Numbered from the stretch's first letter, positions 1 through 9,843 are shown. The stretch is 48,239 bases of DNA from Bacilli bacterium (GCA_036649735.1 JAVWBB010000002.1:1-48239), one strand, 5' to 3'. Translations and numbers: made by a program. The notes: generated from the letters alone by a model not told the origin.

Positions 1-74
1 TGGTGCCGGTTATAAGAATCGAACTTATAGCTAATCGTTACGAATGACTTATTTTACCATTAAACTAAACCGGC
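1..74 (-). tRNA. tRNA-Thr (anticodon CGU)
   Basis: The reverse complement folds as a cloverleaf: acceptor GCCGGTT/AACCGGC, anticodon loop TTCGTAA, T-loop TTCGATT, encoded CCA. One A-C mismatch closes the anticodon stem. Confidence 0.8.
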
Positions 75-84
75 CTATTTATGA

Positions 85-158
85 TGGTGCCGAAAGTAAG
101 AATCGAACTTACCGCTGATCCTTACCAAGGACCTATTTTACCACTAAACTATATCGGC
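85..158 (-). tRNA. tRNA-Thr (anticodon GGU)
   Basis: Reverse complement is GCCGATATAGTTTAGTGGTAAAATAGGTCCTTGGTAAGGATC...TTCGATT...CGGCACCA. Anticodon stem GGTCC/GGATC, loop TTGGTAA. Confidence 0.9.
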
Positions 159-161
159 AAT

Positions 162-238
162 TGGTGTCCCCGAGTGGACTTGAACCACCGCTCTAACCCT
201 TAGGAGGGGCTTGTTTTATCCAACTAAACTACGGAGAC
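162..238 (-). tRNA. tRNA-Arg (anticodon CCU)
   Basis: Reverse complement is GTCTCCGTAGTTTAGTTGGAT...AGCCC-CTCCTAA-GGGTT...GGTTCAAGTCC...CGGGGACACCA. Clean cloverleaf with encoded CCA. Confidence 0.9.
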
Positions 239-321
239 AATTAAATATGTAGTAAGTAAAACTTAAACTACATATTAATATTACTATACTATTAACTTAT
301 TTAAAAGCAATAACGTTATAA

Positions 322-804
322 TTACATATAATTTAAAACAGTTATAAGTAAAAATGTAACCGCCGTCTTTAATTGCCTTTTTATCGTATATGCTTTTTCT
401 TTAATTGCTACAACATTATCAACCATATCGACAATCCAACTTTCAATATATCTTGGTGCTTTTAAAGAAATTGGAAACATGTGTGACAATATTATATCTT
501 CTTCTAAATAATTAATATCAAAATATTTAATTGCATTATTATAAGCAATTTTTGGATGATTAACTATAGAATACAATTTATCTTTTCTAGTTAAATCTTT
601 ATTGTCTATAAAGAAAAAATCATGAAGCATTGCTCCTCTTGTAACCGAATTATAATCCAATTTTAAAGCCTTAGAAATTTTATAACTATATTTAGCCACC
701 ATTAATGAATGGTCAAACCTTGTAACACCATGATGCGATATTCTTTCTAATTTCTTAAAATTATCATTATTTACTATATCTTTTATTATAATATCAAATT
801 CCAT
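322..804 (-). CDS. HD-domain metal-dependent phosphohydrolase (small, about 160 aa)
   Basis: H...HD signature in the translation: ISHHGVTRFDHSLMVAKY ... GAMLHDFFF ... LSHMFP. Confidence 0.75.
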   Translation of the reverse strand: MEFDIIIKDIVNNDNFKKLERISHHGVTRFDHSLMVAKYSYKISKALKLDYNSVTRGAMLHDFFFIDNKDLTRKDKLYSIVNHPKIAYNNAIKYFDINYLEEDIILSHMFPISLKAPRYIESWIVDMVDNVVAIKEKAYTIKRQLKTAVTFLLITVLNYM

Positions 805-897
805 TTTAACCTCACTTTTAGATTATAGCACTTTCTTCTAAAAAATAAAAGAGAGAAATTAATCTCCCCTTCTATATTATAAACGCTAACCAAAGCG

Positions 898-2964
898 CTA
901 GCGTTCCCTAGGAAAGCTAATTATATTATCTAAATTATTTAAATCAATAATTACACTACCATCTGTACTTGTTAAATATATTTTTGTATTAATATTTTTT
1001 AAACGATTAATTACTATTTCACTTGGATGCTTAAACTTATTATTTAATCCTACTGATATTAAGGAAATATCCGGATTAACCTTTTTTAAAAACTCTTCAC
1101 TTGTTGATGTTTTTGATCCATGATGACCTACTTTTAATATATGCACATCCTTAAGTTTATATTCATTTAATATATATTTTTCACTTTTAATTGATGAATC
1201 CCCCATTAAAAGCATGGAAATCCCCTTATAATTAATTAATAAAATTATACTTGAATCATTCTCGTCAATTAAATTAGTATTCAAAGACTTTATCCTTAAA
1301 TTATTATATGTTATATTAGTAAAAGAACTACTATAACTTATCTTTTTCTTTTTTAAATTAGCAATTACTTTTAACTCATTATCATTATATTCATTTTTAT
1401 TAAATAAAACCTTATTAATATCCATACTATTTATTAATTTATTAGCCTCACCTAAATGATCATAATCTCCATGTGTTAGTATTAAATACTCTAATTTTTT
1501 TATACCTTTAGATTTTAAATATGGCAAAAGAATATTTTCAGCAATTTTTGATTGGCCAAACATTTTACCCCCTGTATCAATTAAAATATATTTATTATCA
1601 ACAGAAAATAAAAAACTATCTCCTTGCCCTACATCAATCATCATTAAACTATCTTTACTTATAATATAATTAAAATTATAATGAATTAAAACTATTAAAA
1701 AGAAATAAATAATAGGAAAGTATTTCTTTTTTTCTAAACTTTTTAAAAAATAAGTAATAACAACATAGTAAATTATTATAACTATAAAATTAGGCTTCAT
1801 CAAAATTATTTTACCAAAATTTATATTATTTAAAAATATAGATAAATTCTCCATTATATTAACTAAAAAATAAAAAATCGGATCTAAAAATGTTAAAAAT
1901 AATGCAATAATTGCTAAAGGGAAAATAATAATAGAAACAAAAGGAACAAAAAATAAATTATATATAATACTTAAAATATTTACTTGATAAAAATTGTATA
2001 TCGTAATTGGAAAACTACTTAAAAAAGAAATAATGCCAATCATTATTAAAGATTTAAAATAAGATTTATTTTCTAATAATTTATTAAACCAAATGAGATA
2101 AAAACTAATAACAAATGAAAATAAAAACCCTACATCATAAATAATAAATGGATTAATAAATAAAATAACTATTAATGTTAAAACCATAATATTTAATGTT
2201 GATATATTAAAATAATATATTTTATTAATCGATAGCAAAATAAAAAAAATACTTGCACGCATAACTGAACCTGTAAAAGATGTTAAAAACATAAATAATA
2301 AAATAAATAAAATAGTAATAAAATATCTTTTATTTTCGTATATTCCAATCTTTTTTAAAATGAATAAAACAAATGTAGCAATAAGGCTGATATTCATACC
2401 AGAAACCGCTAATAAATGACTAATACCATTATTTCGGTAACTTATCAAGGCATCATCATCTAAGCCATTATATCCTCCTAATATGAAGGCTTTTATATAA
2501 CCTTTAGATAAAGTAAGTTTATCTATTTTATTATTTATCATATTCTTAATACTATAAAAAATATTATGGTTATTACTTATTACTTCAATACTAGTTATAT
2601 TTAACATATAAAATTTATGATTACGATACAAATACTTTTTATAATTAAAAGTATTAGGGACAGTATTATTACTAGGCTTAATTAATTCTCCTATTAATTT
2701 TACCTTCATCCCTAATTCTAATTTAATATAAGGTTTATCTTTTAAGTAATATATTCCATCTAGTTTTTCTTTACTCTTAATTGTTAAAGATATTTTATCC
2801 GACTTATAACTTATACTCGATATTACTCCTATAAACTTAGTATCTTTAAGATTATACTTACTATTTCTAGGAATATTAATATAAATAAAACTGTAAATCC
2901 CAACTATAATTAAACAAAATATATATAAATACTTAGATAGTAATAAAGTCCTTAATTTTAGCAA
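898..2964 (-). CDS. comEC: DNA internalization competence protein ComEC/Rec2
   Basis: 688 aa. The polytopic membrane core contains ISHLLAVSGMNISL. The C-terminal metallo-beta-lactamase fold contains IDVGQGDS ... LTHGDYDHLG ... VGHHGSKTS. It lies directly downstream of comEA. Confidence 0.9.
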   Translation of the reverse strand: MLKLRTLLLSKYLYIFCLIIVGIYSFIYINIPRNSKYNLKDTKFIGVISSISYKSDKISLTIKSKEKLDGIYYLKDKPYIKLELGMKVKLIGELIKPSNNTVPNTFNYKKYLYRNHKFYMLNITSIEVISNNHNIFYSIKNMINNKIDKLTLSKGYIKAFILGGYNGLDDDALISYRNNGISHLLAVSGMNISLIATFVLFILKKIGIYENKRYFITILFILLFMFLTSFTGSVMRASIFFILLSINKIYYFNISTLNIMVLTLIVILFINPFIIYDVGFLFSFVISFYLIWFNKLLENKSYFKSLIMIGIISFLSSFPITIYNFYQVNILSIIYNLFFVPFVSIIIFPLAIIALFLTFLDPIFYFLVNIMENLSIFLNNINFGKIILMKPNFIVIIIYYVVITYFLKSLEKKKYFPIIYFFLIVLIHYNFNYIISKDSLMMIDVGQGDSFLFSVDNKYILIDTGGKMFGQSKIAENILLPYLKSKGIKKLEYLILTHGDYDHLGEANKLINSMDINKVLFNKNEYNDNELKVIANLKKKKISYSSSFTNITYNNLRIKSLNTNLIDENDSSIILLINYKGISMLLMGDSSIKSEKYILNEYKLKDVHILKVGHHGSKTSTSEEFLKKVNPDISLISVGLNNKFKHPSEIVINRLKNINTKIYLTSTDGSVIIDLNNLDNIISFPRER

Positions 2965-3652
2965 AAATTAAATCCCCTATTCCCGATACTTCTTTTAAAT
3001 CTTCTATTTTTATAAATAGTTTCTCTTTACGATAATTAATAATATTTATAGCTTTAGATTCCCCTATTCCTGATAATGTCATTAATAATTCTTTTGTTGC
3101 TGTATTTATATTTATTTTATCGTTTGTATTATTATCTTTTATTTCATCTTTATTTAAACATCCATCATTAACTATTTCTTGTTCATTATTAAGACAATTA
3201 TCAATAACTTTTGTTTCTTCTAATTTAGTAGTTTTAAAGTTTTTTACTTCTTCATCACTATATATTATAATAACCATTTCATCAAATATTTTTAAACTTA
3301 AATTAATTACTGAAGTATTGGCATTATGAAGAAGCCCTCCAGCTAAACGAATAACGTCAATAACGCGACTTCCTTCTTTTAAAGAATAAACCCCAGGCTT
3401 ACTAACAAACCCTTTAATGTCGACTAAATAATACTTTTCAATAATCTCTTTCTTTAAAACCTCTTTCCCCAATTCAACCTCTTTTGGTTTTTCTTCGCTT
3501 ATAACACTACTTTTAGCTGTTAAAATATTAAAATAATATATTAACCCCACTAAAATAATTACAATTAAGCATATACCTCCTTTCATTATTATTTCTTTTT
3601 TATGGCCTGATACATATTCTTTAATTTTTAAAACGTATTCCACCAAAATCAC
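2933..3652 (-). CDS. comEA: Competence protein ComEA (membrane-anchored helix-hairpin-helix DNA receptor)
   Basis: N-terminal TM helix, an SLBB-like segment (VDIKGFVSKPGVYSLKEGSRVIDVIRLAGG), and a C-terminal tandem HhH (ININTATKELLMTLSGIGESKAINII ... LKEVSGIGDLIFAKI). The true start is probably a few codons inside the ORF: the AGGAGG abuts the first GTG, and TTG/GTG codons lie 5-8 nt further on. Confidence 0.88.
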   Translation of the reverse strand: MILVEYVLKIKEYVSGHKKEIIMKGGICLIVIILVGLIYYFNILTAKSSVISEEKPKEVELGKEVLKKEIIEKYYLVDIKGFVSKPGVYSLKEGSRVIDVIRLAGGLLHNANTSVINLSLKIFDEMVIIIYSDEEVKNFKTTKLEETKVIDNCLNNEQEIVNDGCLNKDEIKDNNTNDKININTATKELLMTLSGIGESKAINIINYRKEKLFIKIEDLKEVSGIGDLIFAKIKDFITI

Positions 3653-3711
3653 CTCCTACATATATTATTGGTAAAAACTTTCAAAAATTCCTCAACTATT
3701 TTTTAAAATAT

Positions 3712-3740
3712 AAAAAAAACATGAGTTTTCTCATGTTCTT
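3712..3740 (-). terminator. Rho-independent terminator after spoVS
   Basis: Minus strand reads AACATGAG-AAAA-CTCATGTT followed by TTTTTTTT, immediately 3' of the spoVS stop codon. Confidence 0.75.
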
Positions 3741-3750
3741 CAAGGAAAAA

Positions 3751-4011
3751 TTATTTTACCTCGACAATCAATTTAATGGCCGTTCGCTCTTCTCCTTCAA
3801 TTATAATGTCGGTAAATGCCGGGATACAAATTAAATTCTTTCCCGAGGGCGCAACAAATCCTCGCGCAATAGCAATTGCTTTTACGGCTTGATTAAGAGC
3901 TCCTGCTCCAACTGTTTGTATTTCAATGATGTTAGTTTCTTTTAAACTATTAGCGATTGCCCCCGCTACACTACTAGAATTTGACTTTGAAGATACTTTA
4001 AGTGTTTCCAT
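3751..4011 (-). CDS. spoVS: Stage V sporulation protein S
   Basis: 86 aa. The sequence METLKVSSKSNSSSVAGAIA...QTVGAGALNQAVKAIAIARGF...ERTAIKLIV matches the highly conserved SpoVS family over its full length. Confidence 0.92.
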   Translation of the reverse strand: METLKVSSKSNSSSVAGAIANSLKETNIIEIQTVGAGALNQAVKAIAIARGFVAPSGKNLICIPAFTDIIIEGEERTAIKLIVEVK

Positions 4012-4122
4012 ATATATTATTCCTTTCTACTGATATTTAAATATATGAAATTATTATTAAAATATTATAATTTATTATATTTATTTAGTATGATAAAATA
4101 AAAAAAGAAGGGAAGATGATTT

Positions 4123-4959
4123 ATGATTATATTAGATGGGAAAAAAGTAAAAGAGGAAATGCTTAAGCAACTTAAGGAAAAACTATTACTTGTTAATCGT
4201 CCTTTAGGTCTTACAGTTATTCAAGTTGGGAATAATTCATCTAGTAATGTTTATGTTAAGCAAAAAGAAAAGATGGCTAATTATTTAAATTATAATTTTA
4301 AACATCTTAAATTAGCTTCAAATATTAAAGAAACTGAATTATTAAATATAATTGAATTAGAAAATAACAATGATTTAGTTGATGGTATAATTGTCCAATT
4401 GCCTTTACCTAAGCATTTAAATCCTTCTATTATTCAAAATAAAATATTACCACAAAAAGATATTGATGGATTAACTAATTTAAATAGTGGTAAATTAGTT
4501 TCAAATAGCGATTGTTTAATTCCTTGTACTCCACTTGGAATATTAGATATTTTAAATTATTATCATATAACTATTACTGGTAAACATGTTGTAATTGTTG
4601 GAAGAAGTTCTTTAGTTGGAAAACCCCTTTTAAATTTAATGTTAAATAATAATGCTACTGTTACTATTTGCCATTCTAAAACGACTAATTTAAAAGATAT
4701 CACTAACTTGGCTGATATTTTAATTGTTGCTATAGGGAAAAAACATTTTATTACTTCGGATATGGTCAAAGATAATGCTGTTGTAATTGACGTAGGAATT
4801 AACAGTGAAAATGAAAAATTATATGGGGATGTTGACTTTGATAACGTTAAGGATAAATGTTCTTATATTACCCCTGTTCCCGGAGGCGTTGGGCAAATGA
4901 CCGTTTTAGAAGTTGGTTACAACGTTTATAAAGCTTATCAATTAAAAAAGAAAAAATAG
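4123..4959 (+). CDS. folD: Bifunctional methylenetetrahydrofolate dehydrogenase/methenyl-THF cyclohydrolase
   Basis: Motifs SNVYVKQKEK, DGIIVQLPLP, KDIDGL, CTPLGI, VVIVGRSSLVGKPL, TICHSKT, VVIDVGIN, ITPVPGGVGQMT. Confidence 0.93.
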   Translation: MIILDGKKVKEEMLKQLKEKLLLVNRPLGLTVIQVGNNSSSNVYVKQKEKMANYLNYNFKHLKLASNIKETELLNIIELENNNDLVDGIIVQLPLPKHLNPSIIQNKILPQKDIDGLTNLNSGKLVSNSDCLIPCTPLGILDILNYYHITITGKHVVIVGRSSLVGKPLLNLMLNNNATVTICHSKTTNLKDITNLADILIVAIGKKHFITSDMVKDNAVVIDVGINSENEKLYGDVDFDNVKDKCSYITPVPGGVGQMTVLEVGYNVYKAYQLKKKK

Positions 4960-4963
4960 TCGA

Positions 4964-6697
4964 TTATTTTTTATCAACTATTTTTTTATTTACATATTCT
5001 ATAAATTCATTAAATTTTAAAGTTACAGTTTCTTCACTACCAAACAAACGATAACTTATTTCTTCATTATCTCTTTCTTTATCGCCAATTATTATAGAAA
5101 TAGGTATTTTTTTAGTTTGTGAATTGCGCATTTTATAGCCAAGCTTTTCTTCACTATCATCTAATTCAACTCTAATTTCTTTATCCATTAATAATTCTTT
5201 AATCTTATTTGCATATTCTAAATGATATTTATTATTAATAGGAATAATATTTACTTGCACTGGACTTAGCCAAAGAGGAAATGCTCCTTTATAATGTTCA
5301 ATTAATATCCCAATAAATCTCTCAATTGAACCATATATGACACGGTGTAACATAATTGGTCTTTTTTTTGTTCCATCTTTATCAATATAAGTTAAATCAA
5401 ATCTCTCTGGTAAATTCATATCTAATTGAATTGTTCCACATTGCCAAACTCTTCCAATTGAATCTTTAATATGAAAATCTAATTTAGGTCCATAAAATGC
5501 TCCATCTCCTGGATTTATCTTATATTCTTTCCCGGCTTTTTTACAAGCATCCGCTAAGGCTTTTTCACTCTTATCCCAAATACTTATTTCTCCAATATAT
5601 TTTTCTAATGGCCTTGTTGAAAGTTCAATATTATAAGTTAAGCCAAATACTTTATACATGCGATCAATAAAACTAATTAATCTTACTATCTCACTTTCAA
5701 TTTGGTCTTCTCTTAAAAATATATGGGCATCATCTTGTGTAAATGTCCTAACTCTAAATAGCCCATTTAAAGCCCCACTTGCTTCATGACGGTGTACTTG
5801 TCCAAGTTCTCCCATTCTTATTGGCAAATCTTTATAGGAATATAAACTATTTTTATAAACTAATAATCCTCCTGGACAATTCATTGGCTTAATAGCAAAT
5901 TCTTTTTCATCAATAGCAGATGTATACATATTTTCACGATAATTAACCCAATGACCAGATATTTCCCATAAATCTTTATTTAACATAATTGGAGTTTTAA
6001 TAAATTGATATCCTTCTTTTGTATGCTCTTTATACCAAAAATTCTCTAATTCATTTCTTAATATCATTCCTTTTGGTAAAAAGAAAGGAAAACCTGGGCC
6101 AAATTCACTAATCATAAATAATTCTAATTCTTTACCTAATTTCTTATGATCCCTAGCTTTTGCTTCTTCTAAAAAGTTTAAATGTTTTTCTAAGTCATCA
6201 CTATTGAAAAAGCATATTCCATATATTCTTTGTAACATTTTATTTTTTGAATCACCTTTAAAATACGCCCCTGATGTCTTTAACAATTTAAAATGTCTTA
6301 ACTCTTTAGTGCTTTTTAGGTGTGGTCCACGGCATAGATCAACAAAATCTCCTTGACGATAACAAGTAATTATTTCATTTTCATCTAAATTATTTATTAA
6401 ATCAATTTTATATGAGTCCTCTTTAAATATATTTAAAGCTTCTTTTTTAGAAATCTCTTCTTTAATAATATTAATATCTTTTTTCGCTAACTCTAACATT
6501 TTATTTTCGATTGTTAATAAATCTTCTTCTTTTATAACATTATCACCTAAATCAATATCATAATAAAATCCTTCTTCAATAACTGGTCCAACCCAAAATA
6601 AAGCCTTTGGATATAACTCTTTAACTGCTTGCGCTAATAAATGGGCACATGAATGATTTAAAACATTTAACTTCTCATTTTCCTTAATATTTTCCAT
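4964..6697 (-). CDS. thrS: Threonyl-tRNA synthetase (short form lacking the N-terminal TGS domain)
   Basis: Editing-domain motif HSCAHLLAQAV sits at residue 15. Class II core motifs are present (FRVRTFTQDDAHIF, QCGTIQLDF-like GTIQLDMNLPERF), followed by an anticodon-binding C-terminus. A T-box leader precedes the gene. Confidence 0.92.
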   Translation of the reverse strand: MENIKENEKLNVLNHSCAHLLAQAVKELYPKALFWVGPVIEEGFYYDIDLGDNVIKEEDLLTIENKMLELAKKDINIIKEEISKKEALNIFKEDSYKIDLINNLDENEIITCYRQGDFVDLCRGPHLKSTKELRHFKLLKTSGAYFKGDSKNKMLQRIYGICFFNSDDLEKHLNFLEEAKARDHKKLGKELELFMISEFGPGFPFFLPKGMILRNELENFWYKEHTKEGYQFIKTPIMLNKDLWEISGHWVNYRENMYTSAIDEKEFAIKPMNCPGGLLVYKNSLYSYKDLPIRMGELGQVHRHEASGALNGLFRVRTFTQDDAHIFLREDQIESEIVRLISFIDRMYKVFGLTYNIELSTRPLEKYIGEISIWDKSEKALADACKKAGKEYKINPGDGAFYGPKLDFHIKDSIGRVWQCGTIQLDMNLPERFDLTYIDKDGTKKRPIMLHRVIYGSIERFIGILIEHYKGAFPLWLSPVQVNIIPINNKYHLEYANKIKELLMDKEIRVELDDSEEKLGYKMRNSQTKKIPISIIIGDKERDNEEISYRLFGSEETVTLKFNEFIEYVNKKIVDKK

Positions 6698-6699
6698 AA

Positions 6700-6940
6700 T
6701 ATCTTTCTCCTTCCAAATAAAAACTCCACTAGTATTTCTACTAATAGGAGTGCAAATTACACGGTACCATCCACTATTTAACTTAATTACTTTATAACGC
6801 TAGTTAGACGAAAATTTTTTATAAATTTTAGCTATAAGATAGTAACTATAAATACTAATTGTTAGTTTCCATCAACCACTAACTTTCTATATATTATTAT
6901 TTATAATCGTGTTCTTAATAATAGCAATGAATTAATTATA
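6700..6940 (-). promoter_or_regulatory. T-box riboswitch leader of thrS
   Basis: The minus strand contains the T-box core AAATAGTGGATGGTACCGTG (plus-strand 6761-6780). A terminator hairpin follows, CACTCCTATTAGTAG..TACTAGTGGAGT plus TTTTTATTT. A stem-I-like region upstream (AGAAAGTTAGTGGTTGATGGAA-ACT-AACAATTAGTA) carries a candidate ACU (Thr) specifier around 6864-6866. Confidence 0.85.
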
Positions 6941-6944
6941 GCAC

Positions 6945-6972
6945 TAATTTAAGATAAATCAACTGTTGTTTT
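6945..6972 (-). promoter_or_regulatory. Sigma-A type promoter for the thrS leader
   Basis: Minus strand reads TTGATT, then a 16-nt spacer ending in TGc, then TATAAT (extended -10). It sits just upstream of the T-box leader. Confidence 0.6.
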
Positions 6973-7005
6973 TTAATTATATTCGAAATACCCACTGATT
7001 ATTAA

Positions 7006-8877
7006 TTATTTTTTTGTATATTGTCTTATAAATTCTTCAATACAAATATCTTTTTCATTTAATATTTTAGCACTTTCTTGGACTAAATTTTCTAAATAAT
7101 ATACTTCTTGATTAGAAGGGTTTTTAAAATAACAAGTATCAATGCACAACTCATTGACAATTGACCCACCCCTTCTTCCTGGAGAAGTTATTTGACCATA
7201 ACTTTCTTTATTCAAACCCGCATGTCCTTTATTTTTTTCACTATAATACCCACTAGGAAAACTATCAACTAAATTATTAACTAATTCTTTTAGGCCAATT
7301 GACTCTAAATCCCATAATAAATTGCTAGTTAATTGGGCCATGTCTTGCTTTAATTTATCATCAATAACATGATTGCGATAAAGAAATGGCGTATTATTTT
7401 TACTAGATAACTTTGCTGTAAAACTGTTTGGTAGTAGCATACATGTTTCCACTATTTTAGCCGCTGGTGAATTAAAAGCAAATTCTTTATTTTGTTTTCT
7501 TTTATACAATATATATAAAGGGTTAACGGGATCTTGTGTATTTATTGCTTTGGTTATTTCTAATAATTTAAATAACAATTCTTTAACAGGGCTATCATAT
7601 GTTTCACTTTTTAAAACATCATTTACATATTTATAAGATAGTTTATTAGACAGCATTATTATTTCTTTTTTCATTAAAAAGTCTAAGACATTCCCCCGAT
7701 TATCTATTTCAAAATAATATGATTTACATAATCTTCGAGTATTTGGCGATAAAGATATTTTTTCAGCTATATTTGTTGGCATAATAGGTAAACTTTCACC
7801 GCTTAAATATATAGTTTTACCTCGTTTTATAATATCTTCTAATAACATTTGATTATAATCAATTCGATTCGCTACTTCTGTAATATGCACTCCTAATAAA
7901 AAGTTTTTATTATCTAATTCTTTAATACTTAATGCATCATCTAACATCAAAGCATTTTTTGCATCAATAGCAATTGTTGCTTCAGTAATTACTTCCCTTT
8001 TTACTTTAGGAAAACCTAAATATTTAGTATATTCTTTAACTATTTTCCCAGAAAAGTTAGTGGCTATTCCATATCTAGTAATTATAGATGCTTTTTTACT
8101 ATTATTTATAGTAATAACTAATTTATTTTTTAGATTAACTAACCAACTTAAAATTTCTTCTTTTAAATCTCCTAAATCTATATCTGATTTTAACTTATCT
8201 AAGGCCTCTTCTATTTTATTTAACATTGCAACTTTATCTTCATAACTTAGTTTTAACCTTTTAGAAGATAATACAAAATCAATAATATGATCATAATAAA
8301 TCAATTTTTGTTTATATTTATTATCTGCATATTTATCTAATTCTATTAAATATTGTCTAACCAATTTAGTTATTAAAGATTCTTTATTTTCATCACTTAT
8401 ATTAACTAAATATGGATATTTGGTAATAATTTTTTTAAACATTAGCTCATTGCAATTATCAAAGACAATGTAATTTATTAATGAATATTTAGAAGAACAA
8501 TTTTCTATATTTAAATCATACATCAGCATTACTGACAAATTCTCTAATTGTAATAAAATTTCTTTTAATAGTTCATAGTCTTTATTTTCTTTATCTAAAT
8601 GGTTTTTAACATTATCCATTATTTTAATGATTTTATTATTAATACTTTCTTTATTTAAATGATGACTTTTATTAATAAATTGTGGTAAATAATAAAATAT
8701 TTTTAGCAAATAACTTTTATCTTCTATTTCTGGGTTAGTGATATTTTTATTTAAAAAGTTTAAAAAGTTTCGGATTAAAAAACTTATGTTTGACTCAGTT
8801 AGTAAATTGTTTATTTCACTAATTGAATAATTTCGTGAATCTTTTAAAAGTAATTCTAAATTCAAGCCTCTTTTCAT
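7006..8877 (-). CDS. Divergent RNB-domain protein (RNase II/R superfamily) with an uncharacterised ~300-aa N-terminal region
   Basis: The C-terminal half carries RNB motifs: TIAIDAKNALMLDDALS (motif I), GVHITEVA (HIADV-like), ISLSPNTRRL, LYRNH, YGQITSPGRRG (TSPIRRY-like). No cold-shock or S1 domain is recognisable. Confidence 0.7.
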   Translation of the reverse strand: MKRGLNLELLLKDSRNYSISEINNLLTESNISFLIRNFLNFLNKNITNPEIEDKSYLLKIFYYLPQFINKSHHLNKESINNKIIKIMDNVKNHLDKENKDYELLKEILLQLENLSVMLMYDLNIENCSSKYSLINYIVFDNCNELMFKKIITKYPYLVNISDENKESLITKLVRQYLIELDKYADNKYKQKLIYYDHIIDFVLSSKRLKLSYEDKVAMLNKIEEALDKLKSDIDLGDLKEEILSWLVNLKNKLVITINNSKKASIITRYGIATNFSGKIVKEYTKYLGFPKVKREVITEATIAIDAKNALMLDDALSIKELDNKNFLLGVHITEVANRIDYNQMLLEDIIKRGKTIYLSGESLPIMPTNIAEKISLSPNTRRLCKSYYFEIDNRGNVLDFLMKKEIIMLSNKLSYKYVNDVLKSETYDSPVKELLFKLLEITKAINTQDPVNPLYILYKRKQNKEFAFNSPAAKIVETCMLLPNSFTAKLSSKNNTPFLYRNHVIDDKLKQDMAQLTSNLLWDLESIGLKELVNNLVDSFPSGYYSEKNKGHAGLNKESYGQITSPGRRGGSIVNELCIDTCYFKNPSNQEVYYLENLVQESAKILNEKDICIEEFIRQYTKK

Positions 8878-8887
8878 AACTAATATC

Positions 8888-9781
8888 CTACTTTCTATTA
8901 TTTACACTAATTAAAGATACATCTTTAGTCAATTGCTTTATTCTTTCAATAATCCTTCGGGCTTTTATTTTATCTATTTTATTATTAGTAACGCTTAAAT
9001 GTATTTCTAAACTTTCTAAATCTAAGTTAGATGTAAAAAAAGTAGCTAGTTTTTCATCCATTCGATATTGCAAAATAGTGGCTAAAATTTCATCTCGTGC
9101 CCACATCGTCAGATTCTCCGCACCTATATCATCAATTAAAAGTAATGGAACCTTTTTAATATAATCAAATTTCTCCTTATAATTAGAATCAAATGATTCT
9201 TTTAAATTTCTTAAAAATTCCGGGAAATAAATAATGGCACTTTCAATATCTTTTTTAGCTAATTCATTAAACATAGCGGCAATTATATAAGTTTTCCCAC
9301 TGCCAAACGAACCATGTAAATACAAACCTTTTTCTGTGTTATATTGTGAAATAAATGTTTTGATGTATTTAATTAGTTCAATTCTGTTTTTATCATTTAC
9401 ATACATATTCTTAAGTGAGGCATTTTTAATTTCTTTGGGCACATCAAAAAGTAAAACGTTTTTTTGATATTTATTATCCTTTAAATATTTATTCATTAAT
9501 GAACAATTAGTATAAGAAAAGACAATTTTGTTCTTTACTAAAACTGGTGTATAGCAAGAACCTTTAACTCTATTAGGACATTCATCTAAACCTTTACAAT
9601 TTTGGCAATGATTAAATTCTATTGCCGCATCCATTAAAGTTGATGTATATTTCATTAAAATATCATCATCAATTTTTAAAACTGTTACTAAATCTTTAAA
9701 TTTAGAATCTTGTAAACTATCAATAAAAGATTCTTTTAATTTGTTTTTATCCAAAGTATAAAAGTTTTTAATATTATTCAT
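8888..9781 (-). CDS. dnaI: Primosomal helicase loader DnaI
   Basis: N-terminal Cys-rich zinc module (HCQNCKGLDECP ... CYTP), AAA+ Walker A (GLYLHGSFGSGKTY), Walker B (LLLIDDIGAE). It occupies the position upstream of thrS, as in B. subtilis. Confidence 0.88.
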   Translation of the reverse strand: MNNIKNFYTLDKNKLKESFIDSLQDSKFKDLVTVLKIDDDILMKYTSTLMDAAIEFNHCQNCKGLDECPNRVKGSCYTPVLVKNKIVFSYTNCSLMNKYLKDNKYQKNVLLFDVPKEIKNASLKNMYVNDKNRIELIKYIKTFISQYNTEKGLYLHGSFGSGKTYIIAAMFNELAKKDIESAIIYFPEFLRNLKESFDSNYKEKFDYIKKVPLLLIDDIGAENLTMWARDEILATILQYRMDEKLATFFTSNLDLESLEIHLSVTNNKIDKIKARRIIERIKQLTKDVSLISVNNRK

Positions 9782-9843
9782 TCGTACATCCCCCTATTAC
9801 ATTTTATTTTACACCAATAATTAATGCAAGAAAAAAATTATTA

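Noticed and set aside
1-75. An extra G 5' of the first tRNA suggested a tRNA-His-like G-1.
   Set aside because: The anticodon loop reads TTCGTAA (CGU, Thr). The acceptor GCCGG.../...CCGGCACCA matches Bacillus tRNA-Thr. The extra G is just flanking sequence.
4563-4769. Short antisense ORFs inside confident genes: 4563-4769, 8060-8245, 12066-12257, 15340-15522, 24003-24188, 29095-29394, 32103-32327, 40734-40940, 41406-41588, 43710-43985 and 44492-44791.
   Set aside because: Each is wholly embedded antisense in a longer CDS with clear family motifs. They have hydrophobic or low-complexity translations typical of AT-rich shadow frames, and no RBS.
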